From Sandaracinaceae bacterium (GTDB taxonomy: Bacteria > Myxococcota_A > Polyangia > Polyangiales > Sandaracinaceae): 64,000 nucleotides of DNA. The stretch lies in assembly GCA_044220955.1 (NCBI GenBank), contig JBGAQA010000007.1:65402-129401 (forward strand), given 5' to 3'. The notes under the pieces were generated by a model. It made no database searches, was not told the DNA's origin, and worked only from the letters and a program-made list of their open reading frames with translations. The position numbers were made by a program, and so were the translations under genes. Positions 24,006 through 32,684 of this stretch are shown one piece after another. Numbering within the stretch: position 1 is the first letter of the stretch; each line of letters begins with the position of its first letter.

Positions 24006-25316
24006 GTGCGGACTTTCGTCGCGGTTCTGCTCTCGTACGCCTGCCTCACGTCTTGCGGCGGCGGGCCGCGCCTGGCCGTGTCGAGCGCGATCGAGCGCCG
24101 GGACCTCGACGGGGCGCTGAGCGCGTACGAGCGCGTTCGCGCGAGCGACGGGGACGACGTGGGCCTGCTCGCGCGGCTCTCCGAGCTCCTGCTCGAGACC
24201 GAGGCGTCCAGCGACGGCGCCGAGCGACGGGACTCCGCGCTGCACCAGCTCGCGCTCGCCGGCACGGCGGGGCGTGGCGCTCTCGAGCGCATCGCCGGCG
24301 GCGGCTCTGCGTACGCGCTGGCCATCCTCGCCGAGGGCGGCAGTGCATCGGCCCGCGCGGCTCTGCGTGATCGGATCGACTCCGAAGATCCCGAGATCCG
24401 CGCCGCGGCGGTGCTCGGCCTGGCGATCGACTCCGACCGCGGGCGCTTGCTCGCGCTCGCCGCCGAGTCGTCGTCCCGCGTGCGCGCGGCGGCTGTCGGG
24501 CGACTCGGAGAGCTCGCTCCCGAGAGCGCCGCGCGCGCCGTGCTCGAGGAGCGCGCGCGGATCGACCCCGATCCGGTGGTGCGCGGCGCCGCGGTCCGGG
24601 CTCTCGGCGCGTTCGGCGCACCCGCGATCACCCTGCTGCGAGAGCGCCTCTCGGACCCGATCGCGAGCGTGCGGCTGGCCGCGGTGGCGGCGTTGCTCCG
24701 CGCCGATCGCGACTCGGGCCGGGCTTCGCTCGCGGCGCTGCTCGCCAGCCCGCCCAGCGTCCAGGGCATCGAGGCCGCACGCCTGCTCGGTACGCCGCTC
24801 GCGCGTGGCGCGGCCCCGACCGATCAGGACGCGAGCGACGCCCGCGCGTTCCTCGCGGCGTCGCTCTCGGCGACCGATGCCTCGCTCCGCAGCCAGGCTG
24901 CGCTGGCGCTCTCGACCATGCCCACGTCGCCCGACTCGCGGGGCGCGCTCGCCCGCGCGCTGGCGCGAGAACAGGAGTCCGGCGTACGGCTCGCCATGGC
25001 GAGGGCGATCCTCTCCCTCGCGGACGGGGACGGGGACGCGCTGGCCGCGATCCGAAGCCTCGCGGGCGGGGAGATCTCGATGACCTCGCTCCAGGCCGCG
25101 ATCGAGCTCGCGACACGCCGCGAGAGCGCCGGGGTCGACCGCGTCGAGGAGGTGATGCACGGAGCGGACATCCCGCTGCGCAGGATCGCCGCGCGCGCGC
25201 TCGCCCGTGATGCGATGATGCCCGAGCGCGCAGCGCCGGCTCTGCAGGATCCCGACGCGCTCGTGCGCATCCAGGCGGCCGGGGGGATCCTCGCGGCCGC
25301 CGCCGCGGTGCAGTAG
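24006..25316 (+). CDS. HEAT-repeat lipoprotein
   Basis: Lipobox LTSC; repeated D-P-x-V-R-x-A-A-V-x-A-L units. Confidence 0.75.
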   Translation: MRTFVAVLLSYACLTSCGGGPRLAVSSAIERRDLDGALSAYERVRASDGDDVGLLARLSELLLETEASSDGAERRDSALHQLALAGTAGRGALERIAGGGSAYALAILAEGGSASARAALRDRIDSEDPEIRAAAVLGLAIDSDRGRLLALAAESSSRVRAAAVGRLGELAPESAARAVLEERARIDPDPVVRGAAVRALGAFGAPAITLLRERLSDPIASVRLAAVAALLRADRDSGRASLAALLASPPSVQGIEAARLLGTPLARGAAPTDQDASDARAFLAASLSATDASLRSQAALALSTMPTSPDSRGALARALAREQESGVRLAMARAILSLADGDGDALAAIRSLAGGEISMTSLQAAIELATRRESAGVDRVEEVMHGADIPLRRIAARALARDAMMPERAAPALQDPDALVRIQAAGGILAAAAAVQ

Positions 25317-25371
25317 GCCGCGTTCGACGGAGGGCCACTCGGCGCGAGCTGGGGGACGACGCGGTCGGCGC

Positions 25372-25665
25372 TCAGCCCACCAGATCGGGGGGCGGGAGAG
25401 GTCCGGGGACCGGCATCCGCGCTGCGCAGCACTCGGTGTCGCGATGGATCGTGTCGCACGAGAGGGGCTGCGAGAGCGTGCGGGTCTGTCCGCTGCACGT
25501 GCAGTGAGCGCAGGCGACCGACTCGGGGATGACGGGACAACAGGCGCTCGTGGTCGCGGCGGCGCCGATCGCGGAGGCGAGCGTCAAGGCGCGCGCGAAC
25601 CGGGCGTAGTGCGGGATCTCTCGAACGGGCGTGGGTGCGTCCATGGGCGTTCGATGCTGCGCCAT
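25372..25665 (-). CDS. Small Cys-rich exported protein or lipoprotein
   Basis: 97 aa from ATG 25665 (or 90 aa from 25644): hydrophobic leader, eight Cys, C-terminal GPLPPPDLVG. Confidence 0.55.
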   Translation of the reverse strand: MAQHRTPMDAPTPVREIPHYARFARALTLASAIGAAATTSACCPVIPESVACAHCTCSGQTRTLSQPLSCDTIHRDTECCAARMPVPGPLPPPDLVG

Positions 25666-25861
25666 GTGCGTGGCCTGGGGAAGCCGCTGGCTCGATCGCG
25701 CGCCCGGGACCATCCTCACGCCCCGTGACGTCGCCCCCGGCCATCTCCAGCGTCGACCTCGCCGATCTCGAGGGCGCGCCCCGGCGCGCGCACGCGCCCG
25801 CGACGATCTGCGCGCGGCGCGACGGGTCGCGCGCGCGGTTCCGGGGGGCCGGTTGAGCACC

Positions 25862-26968
25862 ATGGAGCACGTCCCGCCGCCGGGAGGCCTCGGCGCGGTC
25901 GCCCGAGGCAGGCCGCACCTGTTCGGGATGCGGCCGGAGGATCTCGTCCTCGCCCTCGAGCGAGAAGGCGTCGCGTGCACGATCACCGAAGCCCGCCGCG
26001 TGGCGGCTCACGTCATCTCGTGGGGTCGCGACGACCTCGCCCTCGGCAAGCCACCGCGGCGCGAGGTGCTCCGCGCCATCGACGAGAAGCTCGATCGGAC
26101 GCCGCTCGCGATCGTCGAGCGCGCGAGAGACGACGCCGACGGGTTCGTGAAGTACCTGTTCCGGCACCCCGACGGCGCGCTCACCGAGGCCGTGCGAATC
26201 CCGCTCGAGAAGCCGCATCGCTTCACGCTCTGCCTCAGTTCGCAGGTGGGGTGCGCGATGCGATGTTCGTTCTGCGCGACGGGCGAGCTCGGACTGACGC
26301 GCTCGCTCGCCGCGTGGGAGATGGTCGCAGCCTTCCGCGCGGTGCGGGACGAAGCCGTTCGCGAGGACCCTCGTCGGCGCGTCTCCGGCGCCGTCTTCAT
26401 GGGGCAGGGCGAGCCCTTCCACAACTACGACGAGGTGATCCAGGCGGCTCGCGTGCTCTCCGATCCTTGTGGCGGGCGCATCGCGAAGGAGGCGATCACG
26501 ATCTCCACCGTCGGTCTCGTCCCTCAGATCGAGCGCTACGCGCGCGAGGCACAGCCGTACCGGCTCATCGTCTCCCTGACGAGCGCCATCGAGGAGAAGC
26601 GCCGCACGCTGCTGCCGGTCGCCGGTCGCTTCTCGCTCGACGACCTCGTTCGCGCGCTCGCGCACGCCGGCGCGGCCTCGGGCGGGCGACGCGTCACGCT
26701 CGCCTGGGTGCTGATGCGCGGCGTGAACCACGGGGACGACGAGGTCGCGGCGCTGCGCGAGCGCTTCGCCGGCGTCCCGTTCCGCCTGAACCTGATCGAC
26801 GTCAACCGCGACGACGGTCGCTACGAGCGGGCGAGCGACGAGGAGCGCACGAACATGGTGTCGATGCTCCACGCCGCGGGCATCCCGACCATCCGCCGCT
26901 ACTCGGGCGGCAAGAACAAGCACGCCGCGTGCGGCATGCTCGCGCGCGTTCACGCGGAGGTCCCATGA
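25862..26968 (+). CDS. RlmN/Cfr-family class A radical SAM RNA methyltransferase (paralogue type)
   Basis: KYLF, CLSSQVGCAMRCSFCATG, MGQGEP, ISTVG, AACGML. Confidence 0.88.
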   Translation: MEHVPPPGGLGAVARGRPHLFGMRPEDLVLALEREGVACTITEARRVAAHVISWGRDDLALGKPPRREVLRAIDEKLDRTPLAIVERARDDADGFVKYLFRHPDGALTEAVRIPLEKPHRFTLCLSSQVGCAMRCSFCATGELGLTRSLAAWEMVAAFRAVRDEAVREDPRRRVSGAVFMGQGEPFHNYDEVIQAARVLSDPCGGRIAKEAITISTVGLVPQIERYAREAQPYRLIVSLTSAIEEKRRTLLPVAGRFSLDDLVRALAHAGAASGGRRVTLAWVLMRGVNHGDDEVAALRERFAGVPFRLNLIDVNRDDGRYERASDEERTNMVSMLHAAGIPTIRRYSGGKNKHAACGMLARVHAEVP

Positions 26969-28053
26969 TCGAGGACGTGGTCGTCGTCGGTGCGGGGATC
27001 ATGGGATCGGCGATCGCGCGAGCCCTCGCCGGCGCAGGGCGCTCGGTCCGGGTCCTCGAGAAGAGCATCCCGGGCGCCGAGGCTTCGAGCGTCGCGGCGG
27101 GGATCCTCGCGCCGATGGTCGAGCACGACGAGGGGCCGCTGCGCACGCTCGGGATCGCGAGCCGCGATGCCTATCGGGTGCTCGCCTCGGCGCTGGAGGA
27201 AGAGACGGGCCTCGACATCGGCTTTCTGCGCTCGGGCGTGCTCGCCATCCCGCGCGCGGATCGTTCGCCGGAACAGCTCGCCTTCGGCGCGCATGGGCAG
27301 TCCCTGACCGCAGCGGAAGCGCGGGAGCTCGAGCCGGCGCTCGCCGAGTCCGTTCATGGCGCGCTGCTCTTGCCGGACGAGGCGCAGGTCGACCCGCCGC
27401 GCGTGCTTCGCGCGCTGGTGCGCTCCGCGGAGTCCCGGGGCGCGCGCTTCACGAGCGGAGCGGCGGTGCGCGGCCTGACGAGGCAGGGAGATCGCATCAT
27501 CGGTGTCGACACCGACCGGGGGATGGTGCCGGCCGGCGAGGTCGTCCTGGCGGCTGGCGCGTGGACGTCGCTCGTGCCGGGGCTGCCTCGCATCTTCGAG
27601 ACCGCGATCCGGCCCGTGCGCGGCCAGCTCCTGCGCGCGGAGCTACGCGCGCCGATCGCGCGCCGGATCGTGTTCGCCGAGCACGCCTACATCGTTCCAC
27701 GCCCCGATGGACGCGTCGTCTGCGGGGCGACGATGGAGGACGTGGGCTTCACCAAGGAGGTCACTCTCGGTGCGGTGGGCTCGCTCGCGTCGCACGCCGT
27801 GAGCGTGATGCCGGGGCTGGCCGCAGCGCGCTTCGTCGAGGCCGACGTCAGCTTCCGCCCGGCGTCGATCGACGGGCTGCCGCTGATCGGACCGGCCGGC
27901 ATCGACGGCCTCTGGCTCGCGACCGGCCATTTCCGGAACGGCATCCTGCTCGCGCCCGCGACCGCGGCGATGATCGCGGCGGGGATCACGCACACGAAGT
28001 CACCGCACGACGCACGGCCATTCGATCCGCGCCGGCTCGGAGGTGGCACGTGA
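26965..28053 (+). CDS. thiO: Glycine oxidase ThiO-like FAD oxidoreductase
   Basis: VVGAGIMG, ASSVAAGIL, QVDP, PVRGQ, YIVPRPDG, ATGHFRNGILLAP. ATGA overlap with the upstream gene. Confidence 0.8.
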   Translation: MIEDVVVVGAGIMGSAIARALAGAGRSVRVLEKSIPGAEASSVAAGILAPMVEHDEGPLRTLGIASRDAYRVLASALEEETGLDIGFLRSGVLAIPRADRSPEQLAFGAHGQSLTAAEARELEPALAESVHGALLLPDEAQVDPPRVLRALVRSAESRGARFTSGAAVRGLTRQGDRIIGVDTDRGMVPAGEVVLAAGAWTSLVPGLPRIFETAIRPVRGQLLRAELRAPIARRIVFAEHAYIVPRPDGRVVCGATMEDVGFTKEVTLGAVGSLASHAVSVMPGLAAARFVEADVSFRPASIDGLPLIGPAGIDGLWLATGHFRNGILLAPATAAMIAAGITHTKSPHDARPFDPRRLGGGT

Positions 28054-28913
28054 GCGAGATCGCCCCCGTCGAGACGCAGGTCGTCGCGAACGGTCTGCGC
28101 CACCACGTGCTCGAGTGGAGCCGCGAGGGCGTGCGCGGCACCGTGCTCTGCTGCCACGGGTACCTGGACGTCGGCGCGAGCTGGCACCGGGTCGCACAGC
28201 ACCTCGTGCGCGCGGGCCGTCGCGTCGTCGCGTTCGACTTCCGTGGGCACGGCGGGACGGAATGGGTGAAGGCGGGCGGCTACTACCACTTCGCGGACTA
28301 CGTGCTCGATCTCGCCGATCTCGCCGACGCGGTCGCGCCCGACGGGTTCGATCTCGTCGGGCACTCGATGGGCGGCACGGTCTCTGCCATGTTCGCGGGG
28401 CTGCGGCCCCCCCGCCTCCGGCGCCTCGTGCTCGCGGAGGGGCTCGGCCCGCCGGAGTCGCCGCCCGAGCACCTGCCCGACCGCATCGCGGAGTGGATCC
28501 ACGGCGTGCGGAAGGTGCGTTCGGCGGCGCCACGCCCGCTGGCCGATCTCGACGAGGCCGTACGCCGTCTCCGCAGCCAGCACACCGAGCTCGACGATCC
28601 GCTCGCGCGCTGGGTCGCCGAGCGGAGCACGAGGCGTGACGAGCAAGGGCGCCTCTTCTTCGCGTTCGACCCCCTGCACCGGACGCGCTCCCCACTCCCG
28701 TTTCGCGTCGATCAGTTCCGCGCCATGCTCTCGCGCATCGACGTGCCGACGCTCTACGTCGCCGGCGAGCAGGGATTCCGGATGGGCGACGAGGTCAACC
28801 GCCTCTCGGCGCTCGCCCAGCTCACGCAGCGCGAGATCCCGGGCGTCGGGCACATGATGCACTGGCTGGCGCCGGAGGCGCTGGCGCGCGAGATCGTCGC
28901 GCACCTCGCCTGA
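28050..28913 (+). CDS. Alpha/beta hydrolase
   Basis: HGYLD, DFRGHG, GHSMGG nucleophile elbow, GHMMH. GTGA overlap. Confidence 0.92.
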   Translation: MSEIAPVETQVVANGLRHHVLEWSREGVRGTVLCCHGYLDVGASWHRVAQHLVRAGRRVVAFDFRGHGGTEWVKAGGYYHFADYVLDLADLADAVAPDGFDLVGHSMGGTVSAMFAGLRPPRLRRLVLAEGLGPPESPPEHLPDRIAEWIHGVRKVRSAAPRPLADLDEAVRRLRSQHTELDDPLARWVAERSTRRDEQGRLFFAFDPLHRTRSPLPFRVDQFRAMLSRIDVPTLYVAGEQGFRMGDEVNRLSALAQLTQREIPGVGHMMHWLAPEALAREIVAHLA

Positions 28914-28928
28914 CCCTGGACGGCCGAC

Positions 28929-29504
28929 GTGGACCCCATCCTGGACCCGCGCTGCCTGATGACCACGGAGGCGGTGATCGTCGACGGCGCCAACGGTGTC
29001 TGCCACGAGCCGCGGCTCCAGGCGAGACAGGCGCCCGGGGCGGCTGCCGTGTTCGCGCTCGCGATGACCCTCGGCGCGACGTCCTGGTTCGCGCGTACCC
29101 GAGTGCCCCTCGGCCTGCGTCGTGCGCTGCTCCTGGCGTCGCTCGTCCTCGCGTCGCTCCCGGGGCTCTGGGCGATCCTGGCGGTACGGGCGGACGCCCC
29201 CGCCACCGTCGACCGCAGCGCCCGACGCATCGCGCGGACCCACGACGAGGTCCGCGCCTTCGCCCAGGCGCGGGGCTGCGCGTGGATCCGCACCGAGAGC
29301 GCCGCGGCGGCCGAGCCCATCACGCGCCTGGCGACAGTGGATCTGCGCTGCGCGGATCCCGCTCCGATCGATCTCTTCGCCGACGCGCTGGAGTCGGGGT
29401 GCGTCGAGACCGGCGACGGCGCGCTCGCGTGCGGGACCGTGGACGACGACACCGCCCTGCCCGAGCAGGCGCTTCCTCCCCCCCTCCCGCTCGGGGGCCC
29501 GTGA
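28929..29504 (+). CDS. Hypothetical membrane protein with Cys-containing soluble part
   Basis: Two hydrophobic segments; fills the gap in a co-directional run and overlaps the next start (GTGA). Confidence 0.55.
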   Translation: MDPILDPRCLMTTEAVIVDGANGVCHEPRLQARQAPGAAAVFALAMTLGATSWFARTRVPLGLRRALLLASLVLASLPGLWAILAVRADAPATVDRSARRIARTHDEVRAFAQARGCAWIRTESAAAAEPITRLATVDLRCADPAPIDLFADALESGCVETGDGALACGTVDDDTALPEQALPPPLPLGGP

Positions 29505-30865
29505 GCGTGGTCCCGATCGGCGGCGCGCTCGTCGCGCTCTGCCTCGGCGCCGTCGGCGGCGGCGCGGTGCTCTTCCGGTCCGGAACGGGCGTGAGCGCGG
29601 CGGCGTTGCTGGTGCGCGCGCTGCTCGGGCTCGTGCTCCTCGCGGAGCTGGTGATCCACCCCGCCCTCGGAGCGGCGCTCGCGTTGCTGATCGGCATCGC
29701 GACCTGGCGCGGACGCGGCGCCGCGGTGGTCCCGGACCGTGCGCCCGTCGCGACGCCCGCCTCGCTCGCGGCGATCCTCGTCGCTGGCGCCGCGGCGATC
29801 GTGCGACCTCCCGTGCCCATCTTCTGGGATGAGTCGGTGTGGCTCGCGAAGGCGCGCGTCGCGTGCGGAGGCGGCGCCCTCTTGATGCAGCGGGCGCTCG
29901 ACCCGCAGTCCGAGCTCGCGCCGAGGGGATACCCGATCGTCGCGGCGGTGATCGAGGCGTGCCTCGCGCTGCGCGACCCGTCGCTGGCGTCGCTGGTCGG
30001 GGGAGGCTCGGCGCTCGTCCTCGCCACGCTGGCGCTCTATGCGCTGCTCCTGGGCCGCGCGGCGGCGAGCCCGTTCGAGGAGCGCGCGACGCTGCTCGTG
30101 GTCGCATGCGCGCCGCTCGTCTGGTCCCACCTCCGCTCGGTCCAGCTGGATCTACCGGTCGGGCTGCTCGTGGGCGCGCTCGTGCTCGCCGTCGAGCGCG
30201 CGGACGCGGGCGATCGACTCGGGCTCCCGGCGGCCGTCACGTCTGCCCTCTTGCTCGGCATCAAGGACGAGGGGCTCGCGGGCGCGGCTGCCGTCGCGCT
30301 CGCGCTCGGGACGCGGGGCGCCTCTGCCCCGGCGCGCCGCGCCGCCTGGATCGCGTTCGCCTCGCTCGCCGCCTCCGTCGTGGTGTTCCGCCTGCGCCTG
30401 CACCTGGCGGGCAGCGCGAACGACGACCACTCGCTCGGAGCCTTCACGCCCCGCGCGATCTTGCCCGTCGTCCTCGACGCGCTGCGCGACGCGAGCGATC
30501 TGCAGACCTGGGGCCTGATCCCGGCGATCGCGCTCGCGGCGTGCGTCGTCTGCGCGCGGCCGTCCACGCCCCGGCGGGCGCGGGTGCTCGCGGCCGTCCT
30601 CGGGCTGCACGCCCTGGGGCTCTTGTCCGCGATCGTCCTCGGACCCGAGCAGGTGCGCGACTTCGCGTTCGAGGGGACGCTGCTCGATCGTCTCGGCCTC
30701 GAGCTCCTGCCTACGGCGGCGCTGCTGATCCCGCGGCTGCTGCCGGAAGCACCTCGAACAGAGAGCACGGAGCCCCATCCGCATCCGGATACGCGAAGAG
30801 CCAGCGAAAGCGATCCGGCCGGCTCCGCGCCAGCTCCGCCGACGAACGAAGGGGCGGCTCCGTGA
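29501..30865 (+). CDS. Polytopic membrane protein, GT-C (ArnT/PMT-like) fold candidate
   Basis: Many TM segments; loop motifs FWDESVW, RGYP, QLDLP, IKDEG. Confidence 0.6.
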   Translation: MSVVPIGGALVALCLGAVGGGAVLFRSGTGVSAAALLVRALLGLVLLAELVIHPALGAALALLIGIATWRGRGAAVVPDRAPVATPASLAAILVAGAAAIVRPPVPIFWDESVWLAKARVACGGGALLMQRALDPQSELAPRGYPIVAAVIEACLALRDPSLASLVGGGSALVLATLALYALLLGRAAASPFEERATLLVVACAPLVWSHLRSVQLDLPVGLLVGALVLAVERADAGDRLGLPAAVTSALLLGIKDEGLAGAAAVALALGTRGASAPARRAAWIAFASLAASVVVFRLRLHLAGSANDDHSLGAFTPRAILPVVLDALRDASDLQTWGLIPAIALAACVVCARPSTPRRARVLAAVLGLHALGLLSAIVLGPEQVRDFAFEGTLLDRLGLELLPTAALLIPRLLPEAPRTESTEPHPHPDTRRASESDPAGSAPAPPTNEGAAP

Positions 30866-32585
30866 GCACGACGACGCGGGCGTGCTGCGCGTCGGCCAGC
30901 GCGACGAGCTCGTCCGCCGTGTCGGGGTCGTCCTCGATGAAGACGACACGCCCGCGTCCGTCGAGCGGATAGAGCCGGCCCGCGAGCCCGAAGCCGCCGT
31001 CGTAGAGCACGGACTCGCCGCGGCGGACCAGGGCGCGCGCGTCCGCGAATCGGGCCTCGTAGTCGTCGAGGCCGAAGGCTCGCTCGCGGGCGTCGGCGCT
31101 CATCGCCGCCAGCGACGGGAGCGAGGGGCCGTCGAGCGCATACCCCGGCACGGCGAGCACGAGGCCGGCGGCCGCGGCCAGGGTCGCGAAGCCGTCGCCG
31201 AGCGCGCGCACCCGCAGAGGCAGCGCCTCGCTCGCGGCGAGCGCGAGCACCAGCAGCGATGCGGGCAGCGCGAGCGTGTAGCGCGCCCAGTAGGCCCCGG
31301 GCGAGGCGAGCGTCGCGAGCGCGAGGAGCACGACCCCGAGGGCGACGACACGCGCGTGGGCGCGGAAGCGCTCGGACCGGAGCGCTGCGACCGCGGTCGC
31401 GATGGCGGCTGGCACCAGGACGAGCGCGAAGAGGGGACCGAACCCGCCGACGCGCATGTCGTACACGTATCGATCCGGAAAGACGGTCGTCCACGACTCG
31501 AACAGGCGTGCGAGCCAGCCGTCGTCCCGCATCGGCGGCCGCAGCCCCATGCTCGCGAGCTCGTCCATGGTGGCGAGCCCAGGGACACGGATCGGACCGA
31601 GGGAGAGCCGAACCGGCCAGATCGGGTTGCCGTGGAGCGCCAGGTTCTCCACGTACTTCCACGAGCCGATCGCGAGCGCCGCGCCGACCGCGAGCACGGC
31701 CTCGCCCGTGCGCGAGCGGCGATACGCACGCGTGAGCACCACGGAGAAGGCGAGCGCGACCAGCGGCGGGGCCGACGGCTTGGTCCCCAGGGCGAGGCCC
31801 GCCGCGATCGCGAAGAGCGCGAGCGAGCGCGGCTCGATGGGCCCGGTCGCGTACACGAACGTCGCGACGGCCAGCGCCGCGTACATGACGTCCACGTAAT
31901 TCGCGGCGAGCTGCAGCGCGACCGCCGGCAGCGCGAGCACCAGCATCCCGATCGCGAGCGCCCGCGGCGTAGGGACGGCGGCACGCCGCGCCCAGAGCGC
32001 GATGGAGAGCACCAGCAGCGGCGCATAGCCGAGCTGCGCGAGCTCGACGAAGGTCCCGTCGAGGAGCGAGAGCCGGAAGCCGATCAGGAAGACGTCGCCG
32101 AGGTGCGGATAGCAGTTGACGTAGGGCGCGCTCGACGCGATCGGGCGCATCGTGCCCTCGGTGATCGCGTCGAGCGCGAAGGGCAGGTGGTAGCCGAGGC
32201 CATCCCAGGCCCACGGGACGAGCAGGTAAGCGGCCGTCGCCGCGAGCGTCACCGACCCGAGCCCCACCAGAGACGCCGCCAGCCAGGCGGGGCGCCGCGC
32301 GATCCCGACCAGCGTCTCGCGCAGCGCCGTCAGGTCGTCCTCGAGGATGGCGCGCCCATCGTCCCCCGCGAGCGCGAGGGCCCCGAGCAGGAGCGCACCG
32401 GCGCCCACCAGGAACGGGATGGGCGCGATCCATCCGAGCGGTGAGAGCAGCTCGACGAGGCCCACGACCAGCGCAGGGAACAGCAGCGCCGCGGCTGCGG
32501 CCCGCTCGAGCGCGGAGCGGTCGGCGAGCAGGCGGGTGACCGCGAGCAGCGCGGATCCCGCGAGGAGAACGAGCGCGGCGAGCAC
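30711..32585 (-). CDS. Polytopic membrane protein, GT-C (ArnT/PMT-like) fold candidate
   Basis: WAWDGLGYHLP, NCYP, NYVDV, GTKPS, GNPIWP, RY. GTG start at 32585 inferred. Confidence 0.65.
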   Translation of the reverse strand: MLAALVLLAGSALLAVTRLLADRSALERAAAAALLFPALVVGLVELLSPLGWIAPIPFLVGAGALLLGALALAGDDGRAILEDDLTALRETLVGIARRPAWLAASLVGLGSVTLAATAAYLLVPWAWDGLGYHLPFALDAITEGTMRPIASSAPYVNCYPHLGDVFLIGFRLSLLDGTFVELAQLGYAPLLVLSIALWARRAAVPTPRALAIGMLVLALPAVALQLAANYVDVMYAALAVATFVYATGPIEPRSLALFAIAAGLALGTKPSAPPLVALAFSVVLTRAYRRSRTGEAVLAVGAALAIGSWKYVENLALHGNPIWPVRLSLGPIRVPGLATMDELASMGLRPPMRDDGWLARLFESWTTVFPDRYVYDMRVGGFGPLFALVLVPAAIATAVAALRSERFRAHARVVALGVVLLALATLASPGAYWARYTLALPASLLVLALAASEALPLRVRALGDGFATLAAAAGLVLAVPGYALDGPSLPSLAAMSADARERAFGLDDYEARFADARALVRRGESVLYDGGFGLAGRLYPLDGRGRVVFIEDDPDTADELVALADAQHARVVVLTEPPLRSSAELARSRPDRFRWLFAYPDADGAPCSLFEVLPAAAAGSAAPP

Positions 32586-32684
32586 GGCGCGCGAGTATAA
32601 CGACTCGGGCCTGACCGGATCAGATCCTGACGATCCCTGGGAATGAGGGGTCGATCCGGGCCACGTGCGAAGATGACCGGCCCG

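Noticed and set aside
25372..26968. Cys-rich peptide plus radical SAM as a sactipeptide/ranthipeptide cluster
   Set aside because: The enzyme is RlmN-class with no SPASM or RRE domain, and is transcribed divergently.
25862..26968. cfr antibiotic resistance gene
   Set aside because: RlmN and Cfr cannot be separated by eye, and there is no mobile context.
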